A stretch of DNA of 64,000 nucleotides from Alphaproteobacteria bacterium (GTDB lineage Bacteria; Pseudomonadota; Alphaproteobacteria; MPNO01). This document shows, in pieces, positions 22,658 to 32,026 of the stretch. The DNA is taken from assembly GCA_964291675.2 (NCBI GenBank), contig OZ219866.1:960001-1024000 (forward strand), in the 5' to 3' direction. Within the stretch, counting starts at the first letter, position 1; each line of letters starts with the position of its first letter. Both the position numbers and the translations under genes were made by a program. The notes under the pieces were generated by a model. The model did not search any database and was not told where the DNA came from. It saw nothing but the letters and a program-made list of their open reading frames with translations.

Positions 22658-23823
22658 CCGCCGCCGCCCCGCAGCCGCAGCCATTCACCGTCGAATGGAG
22701 CCCCGGCCTGCCCCGGGGCTCTTGCCTTTCGCCCGACGCGGCGGCCGGCCTCGCGCTGCAGCCCGTCGGTTTGCTGACCGGCGACGTCGCCGCGCGGGCG
22801 GTCGCGGGCGGAACGGCGATGAAGCTCGCGGGCGGGCCGCTCGCCTTCTCGGCCTGTGTCGTGACGCTGGCCGGCGCGCGGGGCCTGCTCCGGACGACGG
22901 TGGGGCTCGGCGAACTCTCGGACTGGGCGGCCGGCGAGAGCGCGGCGCTCGGCCGCGCCGTCGCCCGGCGGCTGGAGCTCCTGTCGCGCCGACGCCCGTC
23001 CTTCGCCGGGCTGTCCCTCGACCGGGCGCGGCTGATCGGGGTGGTGAACGTGACGCCCGACAGCTTCTCCGATGGCGGCGCGCGCTTCGCCGCCGCCGAT
23101 GCGCTCGCCGCCGGGCGGGCGCTCGCCGCGGCGGGCGCGGATTTGATCGACGTCGGCGGCGAGTCGACCAGGCCCGGCGCCGCGCCGGTCGACGCGGCGG
23201 TCGAGCGCGACCGCGTGTTGCCGGTGATCCGCGCGCTCGCGGCGGACGGGATCGCGGTCTCGGTCGATACGCGCCGGGCCGCGGTCATGGCGGCGGCGAT
23301 CGAGGCCGGTGCGGTCGTCGTCAACGACGTGAGCGCGCTTTGCTTCGACCGGGCATCGGCGGCGACCGTCGCCGCCGGACGGGCCGGTGCGATCCTGATG
23401 CACATGCAGGGCGAGCCGGCGACCATGCAGGACGCGCCGGCTTACGCCGACGCGCCCTACGAGGTGTTCCGCTATCTCGACGCGCGGGCGGCGGCGGCGG
23501 CGGCGGCCGGGATCCCCGCCGGGTCGATCGCCGTGGATCCGGGGATCGGCTTCGGCAAGAACGACGATCACAACGCCGCCATCCTGGCCGCGATCGGACT
23601 GTTTCACGCGACCGGCCGCCCGGTGGTGCTGGGCGCCTCGCGCAAGAGCTTCATCGGCCGCATTTCGCGTGGGGAGGCGCCCGGGGCGAGGCTGCCCGGC
23701 TCGCTCGCCGCCGCCGCCGCGGCGGCGCTCCAGGGCGTGCAGCTGTTCCGCGTCCACGACGTCGCCGAGACCCGCCAGGCGCTGGCCGTTATTGCGCGCA
23801 TCGGAGGGCTCGGCGTAACGTGA
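22654..23823 (+). CDS. folP: Dihydropteroate synthase with N-terminal extension
   Basis: GTG overlapping the ftsH stop; [46 protein letters not shown]. Confidence 0.92.
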
Positions 23824-23885
23824 ACCCAGGATGTTCCGGTCCGCTGGGGCCGGTCGAGAGTCTGCGTCACCGCAAGCGAGCGGCC

Positions 23886-25232
23886 ATGACACGTCAACTG
23901 TTCGGCACCGACGGCATAAGGGGCCTGGCGAACTCCGAGCCGATGACCGCTCAGACGGCGCTGCGCGTCGGCATGGCGGCGGGCGCGTTGTTCACCCGCG
24001 GCGAACACCGCCACCGTGCGGTGATCGGCAAGGACACGCGGCTGTCGGGCTATATGCTGGAGCCCGCGCTGACCGCCGGCTTCATCGCCATGGGCATGGA
24101 TGTGATCATGGTCGGCCCGATGCCGACCCCGGCGGTGGCGATGCTGACGCGCAGCCTGCGCGCCGATATCGGGGTGATGATCTCGGCCTCGCATAACGGC
24201 TATGCGGATAACGGGATCAAGCTGTTCGGCCCGGACGGATACAAGCTGTCCGACGAGGCGGAGGCAGAAATCGAGGCGCTGGTCGATGCCGACCTCGGCA
24301 AGTGCCACGCCGCCTCCGCCGGGCTCGGCCGCGCCCAGCGCCTCGACGACGCCAAGGGGCGCTATATCGAGTTCGTCAAGAACACGTTTCCGCGCGGGCG
24401 GCGGCTCGACGGCCTGAGGGTGGTGATCGACTGCGCCAACGGCGCCGGCTACCGGGTTGCGCCGGCCGCGCTGTGGGAGCTCGGCGCCGAGGTGATCCCG
24501 ATCGGGGTTGCGCCGGACGGATTCAACATCAACCGGGAATGCGGCAGCACCGATCCCGGCGTCATGCGCGAGGCCGTGCGCCGGCAGGGCGCCGATATCG
24601 GAATCGCGCTCGACGGCGACGCCGACCGGGTGCTGATCGCCGACGAGGAGGGCGCGCTGCTCGACGGCGACCAGCTCATGGCGATGATCGCCCGATCGTG
24701 GCAGGAGACGGGCAGGCTGAAAGGCGGCGGCCTGGTCGCCACGGTGATGTCCAATCTGGGCCTCGAGATCTACGCCGAGACCCACGGGCTCAGGGTGGAA
24801 CGGACCCGTGTCGGCGACCGCTATGTCGTCGAGCACATGCGCCGCCACGGGTTCAATGTCGGTGGCGAACAGTCCGGCCATATCATCCTCAACGACTACT
24901 CCACCACCGGGGACGGGCTGATCGCGGCGCTCGAGGTGCTCGCCGTGGTGGTCGGGTCCGGTCGCAAGGTGAGCGAGGTCGGGCGGATGTTCAGGCCGCT
25001 GCCGCAGCTCCTCCGGAACGTCCGTTTCGCCGGGCAGTTCCCGCTCGACAACGAGACCGTGCAATGCGCGGTCAGGGAGGCCGAGTCGCGTCTCGGCCGG
25101 GACGGCAGGCTGCTGATCCGCAAATCCGGCACGGAACCGCTGATCCGCGTGATGGCCGAGGGGCCCGACGAGACGCTGATCGCCGATGTGGTCTCCAAGC
25201 TGGTCGACGCCATCGAGCGGGTCGCCGCCTGA
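23886..25232 (+). CDS. glmM: Phosphoglucosamine mutase
   Basis: [43 protein letters not shown]. Confidence 0.96.
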   Translation: MTRQLFGTDGIRGLANSEPMTAQTALRVGMAAGALFTRGEHRHRAVIGKDTRLSGYMLEPALTAGFIAMGMDVIMVGPMPTPAVAMLTRSLRADIGVMISASHNGYADNGIKLFGPDGYKLSDEAEAEIEALVDADLGKCHAASAGLGRAQRLDDAKGRYIEFVKNTFPRGRRLDGLRVVIDCANGAGYRVAPAALWELGAEVIPIGVAPDGFNINRECGSTDPGVMREAVRRQGADIGIALDGDADRVLIADEEGALLDGDQLMAMIARSWQETGRLKGGGLVATVMSNLGLEIYAETHGLRVERTRVGDRYVVEHMRRHGFNVGGEQSGHIILNDYSTTGDGLIAALEVLAVVVGSGRKVSEVGRMFRPLPQLLRNVRFAGQFPLDNETVQCAVREAESRLGRDGRLLIRKSGTEPLIRVMAEGPDETLIADVVSKLVDAIERVAA

Positions 25233-25236
25233 CGTC

Positions 25237-26436
25237 TCAGCCGTCGTCGTTCGCCCGGGCCGCCTCCACCAGCCTCTTCGCGAACCAGCGGTAGAAGCAG
25301 TGGGTGGCGCCCTCCATGACCGGCGAGAGCACGCCGCCGCGATAGGCCGGCGAGGCGCGGCCGCGCTGCATTCCCTCGACGACGGATCGGTCCTCCTCGA
25401 AGATGCCGCGCCAGAGCGCCGCATTGGCCCGGCGCGCCTCCGCGCGGCGTTCGTCGAGGGCCGCGTCGGCGAAGTAGTAGATGTCGACATGCTCGACGGT
25501 CCGACCGGGACCCCTGGGTTGCAATGCGACGGTGTAGAAGTGATCGGCATGGATGCCGAACAGCGCGGTCGGGAAGAGCGCGACATATTCCGCCGTCCCG
25601 TGCCAACGCCGGGGCAGCCCCGGCATGGTGGGGAAAGCGTCTCCGTTCTCCACCGGCTGCGGCCGGTACGCCGAGGTGCCCTGGCCGGCATAGCCGTCCT
25701 GCTCCTGCGCGATCACGTAGTGATCCTCGAGCCGCGAATAGCTGTTGAGGCCGGGGTGTATCCACGGCAGGTGGTAAGCCTCGCAGAAGTTCTCGACCGC
25801 CAGCTTCCAGTTGCAGGCGACATCCAGGACGCAGGAGGAATCGCCGTCGTCGAACCGAAGCGCGGCGGGATCGAAATCCTTCCAGCGTTCGGCCAGCGGC
25901 GCGATGAAGGTCTCGAAAGGCTCGGCGTCGCCGCTCAGGTTGACGAACACGGCGTCGAACCAGGTCGCCGTTCGCACCGGTCTGAGCCCGTGCCGCGTCT
26001 TGTCGAAGCCCGGGAAGTTCCCCTGGTCCGGACCGCCGATCATGGGCGTCGCGCGAAGCGAGCCGTCCAGACCGTAGGTCCAGGAGTGGTAGGGGCAACG
26101 GATGGTGCCGCGCAGCCGCGCGGGCTTTTCCATCAGCGTCATGCCCCGGTGGCTGCACACGTTGTGGAAGACGCGCACCTCGCCGTCGCGCCCGCGCAGC
26201 ATGATCAGCGGCGCGCCGGCGAGCTCGACCGGTCGCGCATCGCCGGCTTCGGGCACGCGCCGACCGGTTCCTATGCAGGCCCAGGAGCGCGCGAGCAGGT
26301 GCTCCTGCTCCCATCGGGCGAATTCCTCGCAGACATACGCCTCGTTCGGCGGTCCGCTCGCCTGCCCGATCGCGCGCATGACGTTCGCCAATGCGGCGGT
26401 CGCTTGTGCGCCGCTGTTCCACCAGCGATGGGCCAT
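25237..26436 (-). CDS. Rieske non-heme iron oxygenase alpha subunit (choline monooxygenase/CntA-like group)
   Basis: Rieske CSH...CPYH; mononuclear Fe ligands ENFCEAYH.PWIH and FEED...MQRG. Confidence 0.88.
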   Translation of the reverse strand: MAHRWWNSGAQATAALANVMRAIGQASGPPNEAYVCEEFARWEQEHLLARSWACIGTGRRVPEAGDARPVELAGAPLIMLRGRDGEVRVFHNVCSHRGMTLMEKPARLRGTIRCPYHSWTYGLDGSLRATPMIGGPDQGNFPGFDKTRHGLRPVRTATWFDAVFVNLSGDAEPFETFIAPLAERWKDFDPAALRFDDGDSSCVLDVACNWKLAVENFCEAYHLPWIHPGLNSYSRLEDHYVIAQEQDGYAGQGTSAYRPQPVENGDAFPTMPGLPRRWHGTAEYVALFPTALFGIHADHFYTVALQPRGPGRTVEHVDIYYFADAALDERRAEARRANAALWRGIFEEDRSVVEGMQRGRASPAYRGGVLSPVMEGATHCFYRWFAKRLVEAARANDDG

Positions 26437-26623
26437 TACTCGATTCCTCCGCTGCGAGCGGCCGATATACCGGCCGGTGTCCGGCGACCCGGCCGAAAGG
26501 TGGGCCCATTTTGGATCCGCCGCAAGCAGACTCTGCGGTTCGGGCCGGGCGGCCGGGACGGGTTCACGCTCCGGTCGGACCCCGCTATCGTCGCAGCCAT
26601 GACACGTCACTCTGTCGGTTCCC

Positions 26624-27463
26624 ATGCCATCGGGCGGGTCGCGGCCTGACGCCCCGTCGCCGGCCCGGATCCTGATCGTCGCCGGGTCGGATTCCGGCGG
26701 CGGGGCGGGGATCCAGGCCGACATCAAGACGGTCGCCGCGCTCGGCGGCTACGCGGCGACCGCGGTGACCGCGCTGACCGCGCAGGACACCAGGGGCGTC
26801 CATGGCGTGGTGCCGGTCGATCCCGGCTTCGTGCAGCAGCAGATGCGGGTCGTCATCGACGATATCGGGGTCGACTGCGTGAAGACCGGCATGCTGCACG
26901 ATGCGGCGACGATCGAGGCCGTGGCCGCCGTGCTCGACGAGCTCGGCGACGTGCCGGTGGTGGTCGATCCGGTCATGGTGGCCAAGGGGGGCGCGCCATT
27001 GCTGGAGCCGGACGCGATCGGCGCGCTGGTCTCCCGCCTGCTGCCCTTGGCCCGCGTGCTCACCCCCAACGCGCCCGAAGCGGAAGCCTTGACCGGGATG
27101 GAGGTCGGCGACCGCGAGACCATGGAACGGGCCGCGAAGCGCCTGGTCGGAATGGGTTGCGACGCGGTCTATCTCAAGGGCGGGCATCTCCCCGGCGCCC
27201 GCATCGAGGACCTCCTGGTCGCCGGGTCCGGCATCGAAGTGCTGACCGCCGAGCGGATCGAGACCGCGCACACCCATGGCACCGGCTGCACCCTGGCCTC
27301 GGCGATCGCCACCGGGCTGGGCCAGGGGCTCGGGCTCGGCCCGGCTTCTGCCCGCGCCCAGGCCTTCGTGCAGGCGGCGATCGCCCGCGCGCCCGGCTTC
27401 GGAAGCGGCCATGGTCCGACCTGGCACGGCCACACGGTGACCTCGTTCGAGCCGCCGGATTAG
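26624..27463 (+). CDS. thiD: Hydroxymethylpyrimidine/phosphomethylpyrimidine kinase
   Basis: AGSDSGGGAGIQADIK, KTGML, VDPVM, TPNAPEA, KGGH, HGTGCTLAS. Confidence 0.95.
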   Translation: MPSGGSRPDAPSPARILIVAGSDSGGGAGIQADIKTVAALGGYAATAVTALTAQDTRGVHGVVPVDPGFVQQQMRVVIDDIGVDCVKTGMLHDAATIEAVAAVLDELGDVPVVVDPVMVAKGGAPLLEPDAIGALVSRLLPLARVLTPNAPEAEALTGMEVGDRETMERAAKRLVGMGCDAVYLKGGHLPGARIEDLLVAGSGIEVLTAERIETAHTHGTGCTLASAIATGLGQGLGLGPASARAQAFVQAAIARAPGFGSGHGPTWHGHTVTSFEPPD

Positions 27464-27469
27464 CCCGTA

Positions 27470-28279
27470 TCAGGCGAGCTCGCGCGAGCGCCTCGCGGCG
27501 GCGGCGATGGCGCGCTTCATCAGCGCCGCCATCCCGTCATCCGCCATCAGCACGCCGAGCGCGGCCTCGGTGGTGCCGCCCGGGCTGGTGACGTTGATGC
27601 GAAGCTGGGCGGCGTCCTCGTCCGACAGCCGCGCGAGCTCGCCCGATCCCGCGACCGTCGCGCGCGCGAGCCTTGCCGCGATGTCCGGCGGCAGGCCCTC
27701 GGCGATCCCCGCCTCGGTCATGCACTCGATCAGCAGGAAGACATAGGCGGGGCCGCTGCCCGAGACCGCGGTGACCGCGTCGATCAGCCCTTCGTCCTCG
27801 ACCCAGACGACTTCGCCGATGGCGGTGAGCAGGCGCTGGCAGAGCGCGCGCTGGTCCGCGCCGACCCGGGCGTTGGCGCAGGCCGCGGTGATGCCGCGCC
27901 CGACCGCCGCCGGCGTGTTGGGCATCGACCGGACGATCGCGGCGCCTTCCCCGAGCGCGGCCTCGAAGAACCCGATCGGCCGGCCGGCGGCGATCGAGAG
28001 CGTCACCGCGCCCGCGGCCGCGACCGGCGCGTAAGCCGCCGCCATGTCGGGCAGGGTCTGCGGCTTGACGGCGAAGACGACCACGGCGGGGGGATCGTCC
28101 GAAAGCCGCGCGGGGTCTTCCAGCACGCGGACGCCATGCGCCTTGCGCGCGGCCTCCGCGGCGTCCGGCTGCGGTTCGATCACCGTGATGTCGCCGGCCT
28201 CGGCGCCGCGCTCGATCCAGCCCGAGAGCATGGCGCCGCCCATCTTGCCGCAACCCACCAGAAGCAGACGATCGCCCAT
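27470..28279 (-). CDS. proC: Pyrroline-5-carboxylate reductase
   Basis: GCGKMG, AVKPQ, MPNTP, SGSGPAY, VTSPGGTT. Confidence 0.96.
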   Translation of the reverse strand: MGDRLLLVGCGKMGGAMLSGWIERGAEAGDITVIEPQPDAAEAARKAHGVRVLEDPARLSDDPPAVVVFAVKPQTLPDMAAAYAPVAAAGAVTLSIAAGRPIGFFEAALGEGAAIVRSMPNTPAAVGRGITAACANARVGADQRALCQRLLTAIGEVVWVEDEGLIDAVTAVSGSGPAYVFLLIECMTEAGIAEGLPPDIAARLARATVAGSGELARLSDEDAAQLRINVTSPGGTTEAALGVLMADDGMAALMKRAIAAAARRSRELA

Positions 28280-28294
28280 CGCCCGTCCCCCCGA

Positions 28295-28792
28295 TCAGGC
28301 CTCTCCACAGGTCTCCAGCATAGCAGCCTCCACCGCCCCGGCGGGGTTTTTCCCGCCCCAGACCACCAGGTGGAAGGCCGGGTAGAAGCGCTCGCATTCG
28401 TTGTGGGAGATGTCGATCAGGTCCTCGAGCTGTTCGACGCTCGCCTGCGAGATGCCGCGCAGCATCAGCGCGTGGCGGTAGACCACCAGCCCGTCGTCGA
28501 GCCACAGGTCGAAATGCCCGATGATCAGCCGTTCGTTGACGATCGCCAGCAACTGCGCGACCTCGGCGTTGCGTTCCGGCGGCACGCGCAGCTCGAAGGC
28601 GCAGGCGTAGAGCAGCGCGCGCACCTCCGGATGCCAGGTCAGGAACGCCCGGTAGCTGCACCAATGGCCTTCGAGGCCGAGCGCGAGGTCCTGCGGGCCG
28701 GAGCGGTCGATGCGGCAGTCATAGCCGCTCGCCACCTCTTCCATCAGGTCGAGCGGGTTGACCTCCATGTCGTCGGACGGCTCGAACTCCAT
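28295..28792 (-). CDS. YbjN domain (DUF1790) protein
   Basis: NPLD..E...GHFDLW...YRHAL...ECERFYPAF..V.WGGK....A..ET.GEA, typical of the alphaproteobacterial gene upstream of proC. Confidence 0.85.
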   Translation of the reverse strand: MEFEPSDDMEVNPLDLMEEVASGYDCRIDRSGPQDLALGLEGHWCSYRAFLTWHPEVRALLYACAFELRVPPERNAEVAQLLAIVNERLIIGHFDLWLDDGLVVYRHALMLRGISQASVEQLEDLIDISHNECERFYPAFHLVVWGGKNPAGAVEAAMLETCGEA

Positions 28793-28824
28793 CCTCGCTT
28801 CCTGATAACGCAAGGGGCGGATGG

Positions 28825-28871
28825 GTCGAACATATTGGGTTCGACTTAGCCCTACCTACCAGATATAGGAT
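28825..28871. promoter_or_regulatory. Tandem NrdR-box-like sites 31 bp apart
   Basis: gtcgaACATATTGggt (28825-28840) and ctaCcAGATATAGgat (28856-28871) compared with consensus acaCwAtATaTwGtgt. Confidence 0.4.
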
Positions 28872-28943
28872 GACAGATCGGTTTTTGCCGCACAAGGACA
28901 ATCCCCGGTCCGAGGCCCGGCGTGCGCGGCGAAGCGGGAGATT

Positions 28944-29240
28944 TCAGCCCGCCGCCGGCTTCCGGCGCTTCGGCTTCGGGGCGGGGGCGGTCTTGGCGGC
29001 CAGCGCGGCTTCCAGCGCCGCGACCCGCTCGGCCAGAACTTCCTGCTCGGCGCGGGCGTTGGCGGCCATCTCGCGTGCCGCCTCGAACTCGTCGCGCCTG
29101 ACCAGGTCCATGCCGGCGAGGATGCGTTCGAGCCGGGCATGCACCAGCGCCTCGACCTCGCGCTTCATGGCGACCGCGGTTCCCACCGCCCCCTCGGCGA
29201 GCCGCGCGGCGTCCTCCAGGATGCGGTTGTTCGACTGCAT
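28944..29240 (-). CDS. ubiK: Ubiquinone biosynthesis accessory factor UbiK (BMFP family)
   Basis: MQSNNRILEDAARL...DLVRRDEFEA..EMA..AR...L..RV..LEA. Confidence 0.85.
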   Translation of the reverse strand: MQSNNRILEDAARLAEGAVGTAVAMKREVEALVHARLERILAGMDLVRRDEFEAAREMAANARAEQEVLAERVAALEAALAAKTAPAPKPKRRKPAAG

Positions 29241-29343
29241 GGCCCGACTGTGCCGCAACCCGGCGGGTTCGGCAAGCGGCGGGAATACCGCGGGACGAAC
29301 CTCTTGGGGGGAGGCGGGTTGGCGATCCGTAATGGACTGATGC

Positions 29344-29367
29344 TGGCGGAGGGGGTATTTGAACCGC
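29344..29367 (-). other. Degenerate tRNA(Ser)-like 3' end, possible integration-site (att) remnant
   Basis: Minus strand GCGGTTCAAATACCCCCTCCGCCA resembles GGTTCRAATCCCACCCCCTCCGCCA lacking 3 nt; lies at the edge of the A/T-richer block. Confidence 0.4.
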
Positions 29368-29443
29368 GAACTCTGCGCGAGAGCATCGTCCGGGTTTGCC
29401 CCAAGCGAATATCCGCGACGCGGATCCTGGGCAGGAGGCACAG

Positions 29444-30802
29444 ATGTTGAAGCGTCTGCGACTGGCCAATTTCAAGGCGTGGGAGGAGGCCGATCTACGA
29501 TTCGGCAGGGTGACCGGGTTCTTCGGCACCAACAGCGCCGGCAAGAGCAGCCTCCTCCAGCTCCTGCTCTTGCTCAAGCAGACGAAGAATGCGACGGACC
29601 GGGGCCTGGTGCTGGATTTCGGCGGGCCTTCCGACTTGGTGAACCTCGGAACCTATAGCGATGTCGTGCACCGGCATGACGAAGAGACAAGAATAAGCTG
29701 GCTCCTCGACTGGTCCCTCCCGGAAATCATGAGGATCAACCAGCGAGTAGCATCTCCCAGCCCGCTCGAATTGGAGGGAAATTCCCTTCAGACACGATGT
29801 GAGGTCGGTCTGCGGCGCGAACGCCCTTGGCCGTATGCGTTGGCCTACACGTTCGATCAGATAGATTTCCTCGTGGAATCTCAACTGGGGTCGGAAAACA
29901 ACTTCAAGCTGGACACATCTGCCGCCGAATTCAGGTTCAAACGCAATCAGGGTCGAGCATGGCCGCTCTCCCACCCGATCAAGACGCACCTATTTCCGAA
30001 CGAGATGAGACGTTTCTATCAGAACGCCGATTTTCTGCGCGGCTTCGAGTTGGAATACGAACGTTTCATGGACTCAATTTACTACTTGGGGCCTCTCCGG
30101 GAGTATCCACAACGTGAGTACGGCTGGGCGGGTTCCAGCCCCGGCGATGTCGGACAGCGGGGAGAGCGCACGGTAGACGCGATCCTCTCCGCCACTCGCG
30201 ACGGACAGTTGCGAAATCTCGGATATAGGAAGAGAAGAAAGACGTTTCAGGAGATGATCGCACATTGGCTGAGCGAGCTAGGGCTGATTCATGAGTTTCG
30301 AATCAAGGAAATTGCGAGAGGTACGAACCTGTACCGAGCGGAAGTGAAAACTACCGAGTCGAGTCCATGGACCCTCTTGACCGATGTCGGGTTCGGCGTG
30401 TCCCAGGTGCTGCCTGCCTTGGTTCTCCTCTACTACGTTCCGGAGGGTTCAACCGTGTTGATGGAGCAGCCGGAGATACATCTCCATCCGGCCGTGCAGA
30501 GCGGGCTGGCCGACGTCATGCTGAGCGTCGCGAAGACCCGGGACGTTCAGATTGTCGTGGAAAGCCATAGCGAGCATCTGATGCGGCGCCTTCAACGGCG
30601 GGTGGCCGAAGGTGAGGCATCTGCGGAAGATGTCAAGCTGTACTTCGTTTCAACCGATGGGCGGAGTGCGCAGACTTCCGATTTGTCCCTCAACGAGTGG
30701 GGCGAAATCGAGAATTGGCCGGACCACTTCTTCGGCGACGAGATGGGCGAAATCGCGGCCATCACCAAGGCTTCTTTGAAGAGGAAAATAGGACATTCTT
30801 GA
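29444..30802 (+). CDS. ABC-superfamily (AAA_21/AAA_15-like) ATPase with C-terminal DUF3696
   Basis: AGGAGG RBS; LANFKAW, Walker A GTNSAGKSS, GFGVSQVLP signature, Walker B/D-loop LMEQPEIHLHP, ESHSEH, C-terminal GEIENWPDHFF. Confidence 0.88.
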   Translation: MLKRLRLANFKAWEEADLRFGRVTGFFGTNSAGKSSLLQLLLLLKQTKNATDRGLVLDFGGPSDLVNLGTYSDVVHRHDEETRISWLLDWSLPEIMRINQRVASPSPLELEGNSLQTRCEVGLRRERPWPYALAYTFDQIDFLVESQLGSENNFKLDTSAAEFRFKRNQGRAWPLSHPIKTHLFPNEMRRFYQNADFLRGFELEYERFMDSIYYLGPLREYPQREYGWAGSSPGDVGQRGERTVDAILSATRDGQLRNLGYRKRRKTFQEMIAHWLSELGLIHEFRIKEIARGTNLYRAEVKTTESSPWTLLTDVGFGVSQVLPALVLLYYVPEGSTVLMEQPEIHLHPAVQSGLADVMLSVAKTRDVQIVVESHSEHLMRRLQRRVAEGEASAEDVKLYFVSTDGRSAQTSDLSLNEWGEIENWPDHFFGDEMGEIAAITKASLKRKIGHS

Positions 30803-31278
30803 TGAATACGTTTGTCGTGGACACCAATGTTGCAATCGTCGCTAATGGTGGGCACGGGGTCGATGCGGACGAGTCGTGCCAACTAACCTGTGCGGAGAGG
30901 TTGGAACGCTTGGTGCAGCGCGAAACGGTAGCCGTCGATGAAACTGGGCTACTCATCGAAGAATACGCCAGACACCTATCATGGGCCGGCGCACCCGGCG
31001 TCGGCGATATGTTTTTCAAGCACTTGGTCGATCGGCAGTATGCGAAGGACCGGGTTTGTCGGGTGTCCATCATCGAGTCCGATGACGATCGCAGAGGATT
31101 TGAACAACTTCCCGCAAACGATTTCGACCCGTCGGACCGCAAGTTCCTGGCGGTCGCCGTTGTGGCCGATGCAGTGGTGATGAACGCCACCGACAGCGAC
31201 TGGGAAGAACACGCGGATCTGATGAACGAGCTGGGCGTGGAAGTCGACCAGCTTTGTCCCCAGCATGCCAGCAAGTGA
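30802..31278 (+). CDS. PIN-like nuclease domain protein
   Basis: TGATG coupling to the ATPase; acidic PIN-type residues in VVDTNV, EEY, DPSDRKFLAVA, TDSDW. Confidence 0.7.
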   Translation: MNTFVVDTNVAIVANGGHGVDADESCQLTCAERLERLVQRETVAVDETGLLIEEYARHLSWAGAPGVGDMFFKHLVDRQYAKDRVCRVSIIESDDDRRGFEQLPANDFDPSDRKFLAVAVVADAVVMNATDSDWEEHADLMNELGVEVDQLCPQHASK

Positions 31279-31972
31279 CGTTGGCGGAGCGGCCGGAAAC
31301 GACGGTGCAACTTCCTTGAACCGGAAATATCCCAGAACCCCGTACTGGCCCTATTCGCCGGCCGTCGGGCGCGAGGACGGCATGCATCCGGACCCCGGGC
31401 GTTTCGTGGGCGTGCCCGTGGTGGTGACGGAGAAGCTGGACGGCAGCAACACGCTCTTGCACGACGGCAAGGTCTATGGACGCAGCGTGTCCGCCCCGTC
31501 CGAAGCGAAATGGATGGCGATGGCGAAGAAGCACCACGCCTGGAAGGTGACCGGACCGGAAGTCTATCTTTATGGAGAGGACATCTATGGTGTGCACAGC
31601 ATTGCCTACGCGGCGGTGCCCGAAGACCGGACGTTCTACGCCTTCGCGCTCCGCGACGGGGCCGGCGCCTTCGCCCCTTTCGCCGATTTGGAAAGCTATG
31701 CGGAGGGGCATGCGATCCCCGTCGTGCCCGTCCTGTTCCGCGGGATCTTCCGCTCGGTGGCCGAGCTGCGCGCCTTCCTGGAATGCGCCCACGCCGAGCC
31801 TTCCGTTCTCGGCGGCGAGCGCGAGGGAGCGGTCGTGCGGCTGGCTTCCGGGTTTCCCGGGTCCGAGTTCGCGTTCAACGTCTGCAAGAGCGTTCGCGCC
31901 GGCCATGTGCAGAGCGACGAGCATTGGATCAGGAACTGGAGGCCCTGCAAGATCGCGCGCAGCTCCGCCTAG
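31265..31972 (+). CDS. ATP-dependent RNA ligase family protein (nucleotidyltransferase domain only)
   Basis: KYPRTP, motif I TEKLDGSN, III YGED, IIIa FYAF, IV EGAVVR, V KSVRAGH; alternative TTG start at 31316. Confidence 0.85.
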   Translation: MPASDVGGAAGNDGATSLNRKYPRTPYWPYSPAVGREDGMHPDPGRFVGVPVVVTEKLDGSNTLLHDGKVYGRSVSAPSEAKWMAMAKKHHAWKVTGPEVYLYGEDIYGVHSIAYAAVPEDRTFYAFALRDGAGAFAPFADLESYAEGHAIPVVPVLFRGIFRSVAELRAFLECAHAEPSVLGGEREGAVVRLASGFPGSEFAFNVCKSVRAGHVQSDEHWIRNWRPCKIARSSA

Positions 31973-32026
31973 CCAAAGGGTCGTTCCAGGACAACCTTGT
32001 GCGTGCGGCGATCAAGGAGGCAAGCC

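Noticed and set aside
26437-26623. Possible TPP riboswitch upstream of thiD
   Set aside because: No CTGAGA or ACCTGA conserved core found by eye.
28828-28842. GAAC-N7-GTTC as a LexA box
   Set aside because: Alphaproteobacterial LexA uses the direct repeat GTTC-N7-GTTC, and the Gram-positive palindrome has N4 spacing; neither fits.
29340-29430. Intact tRNA gene
   Set aside because: No acceptor 5' strand, D-arm or anticodon arm could be folded; kept only as a possible 3' remnant.
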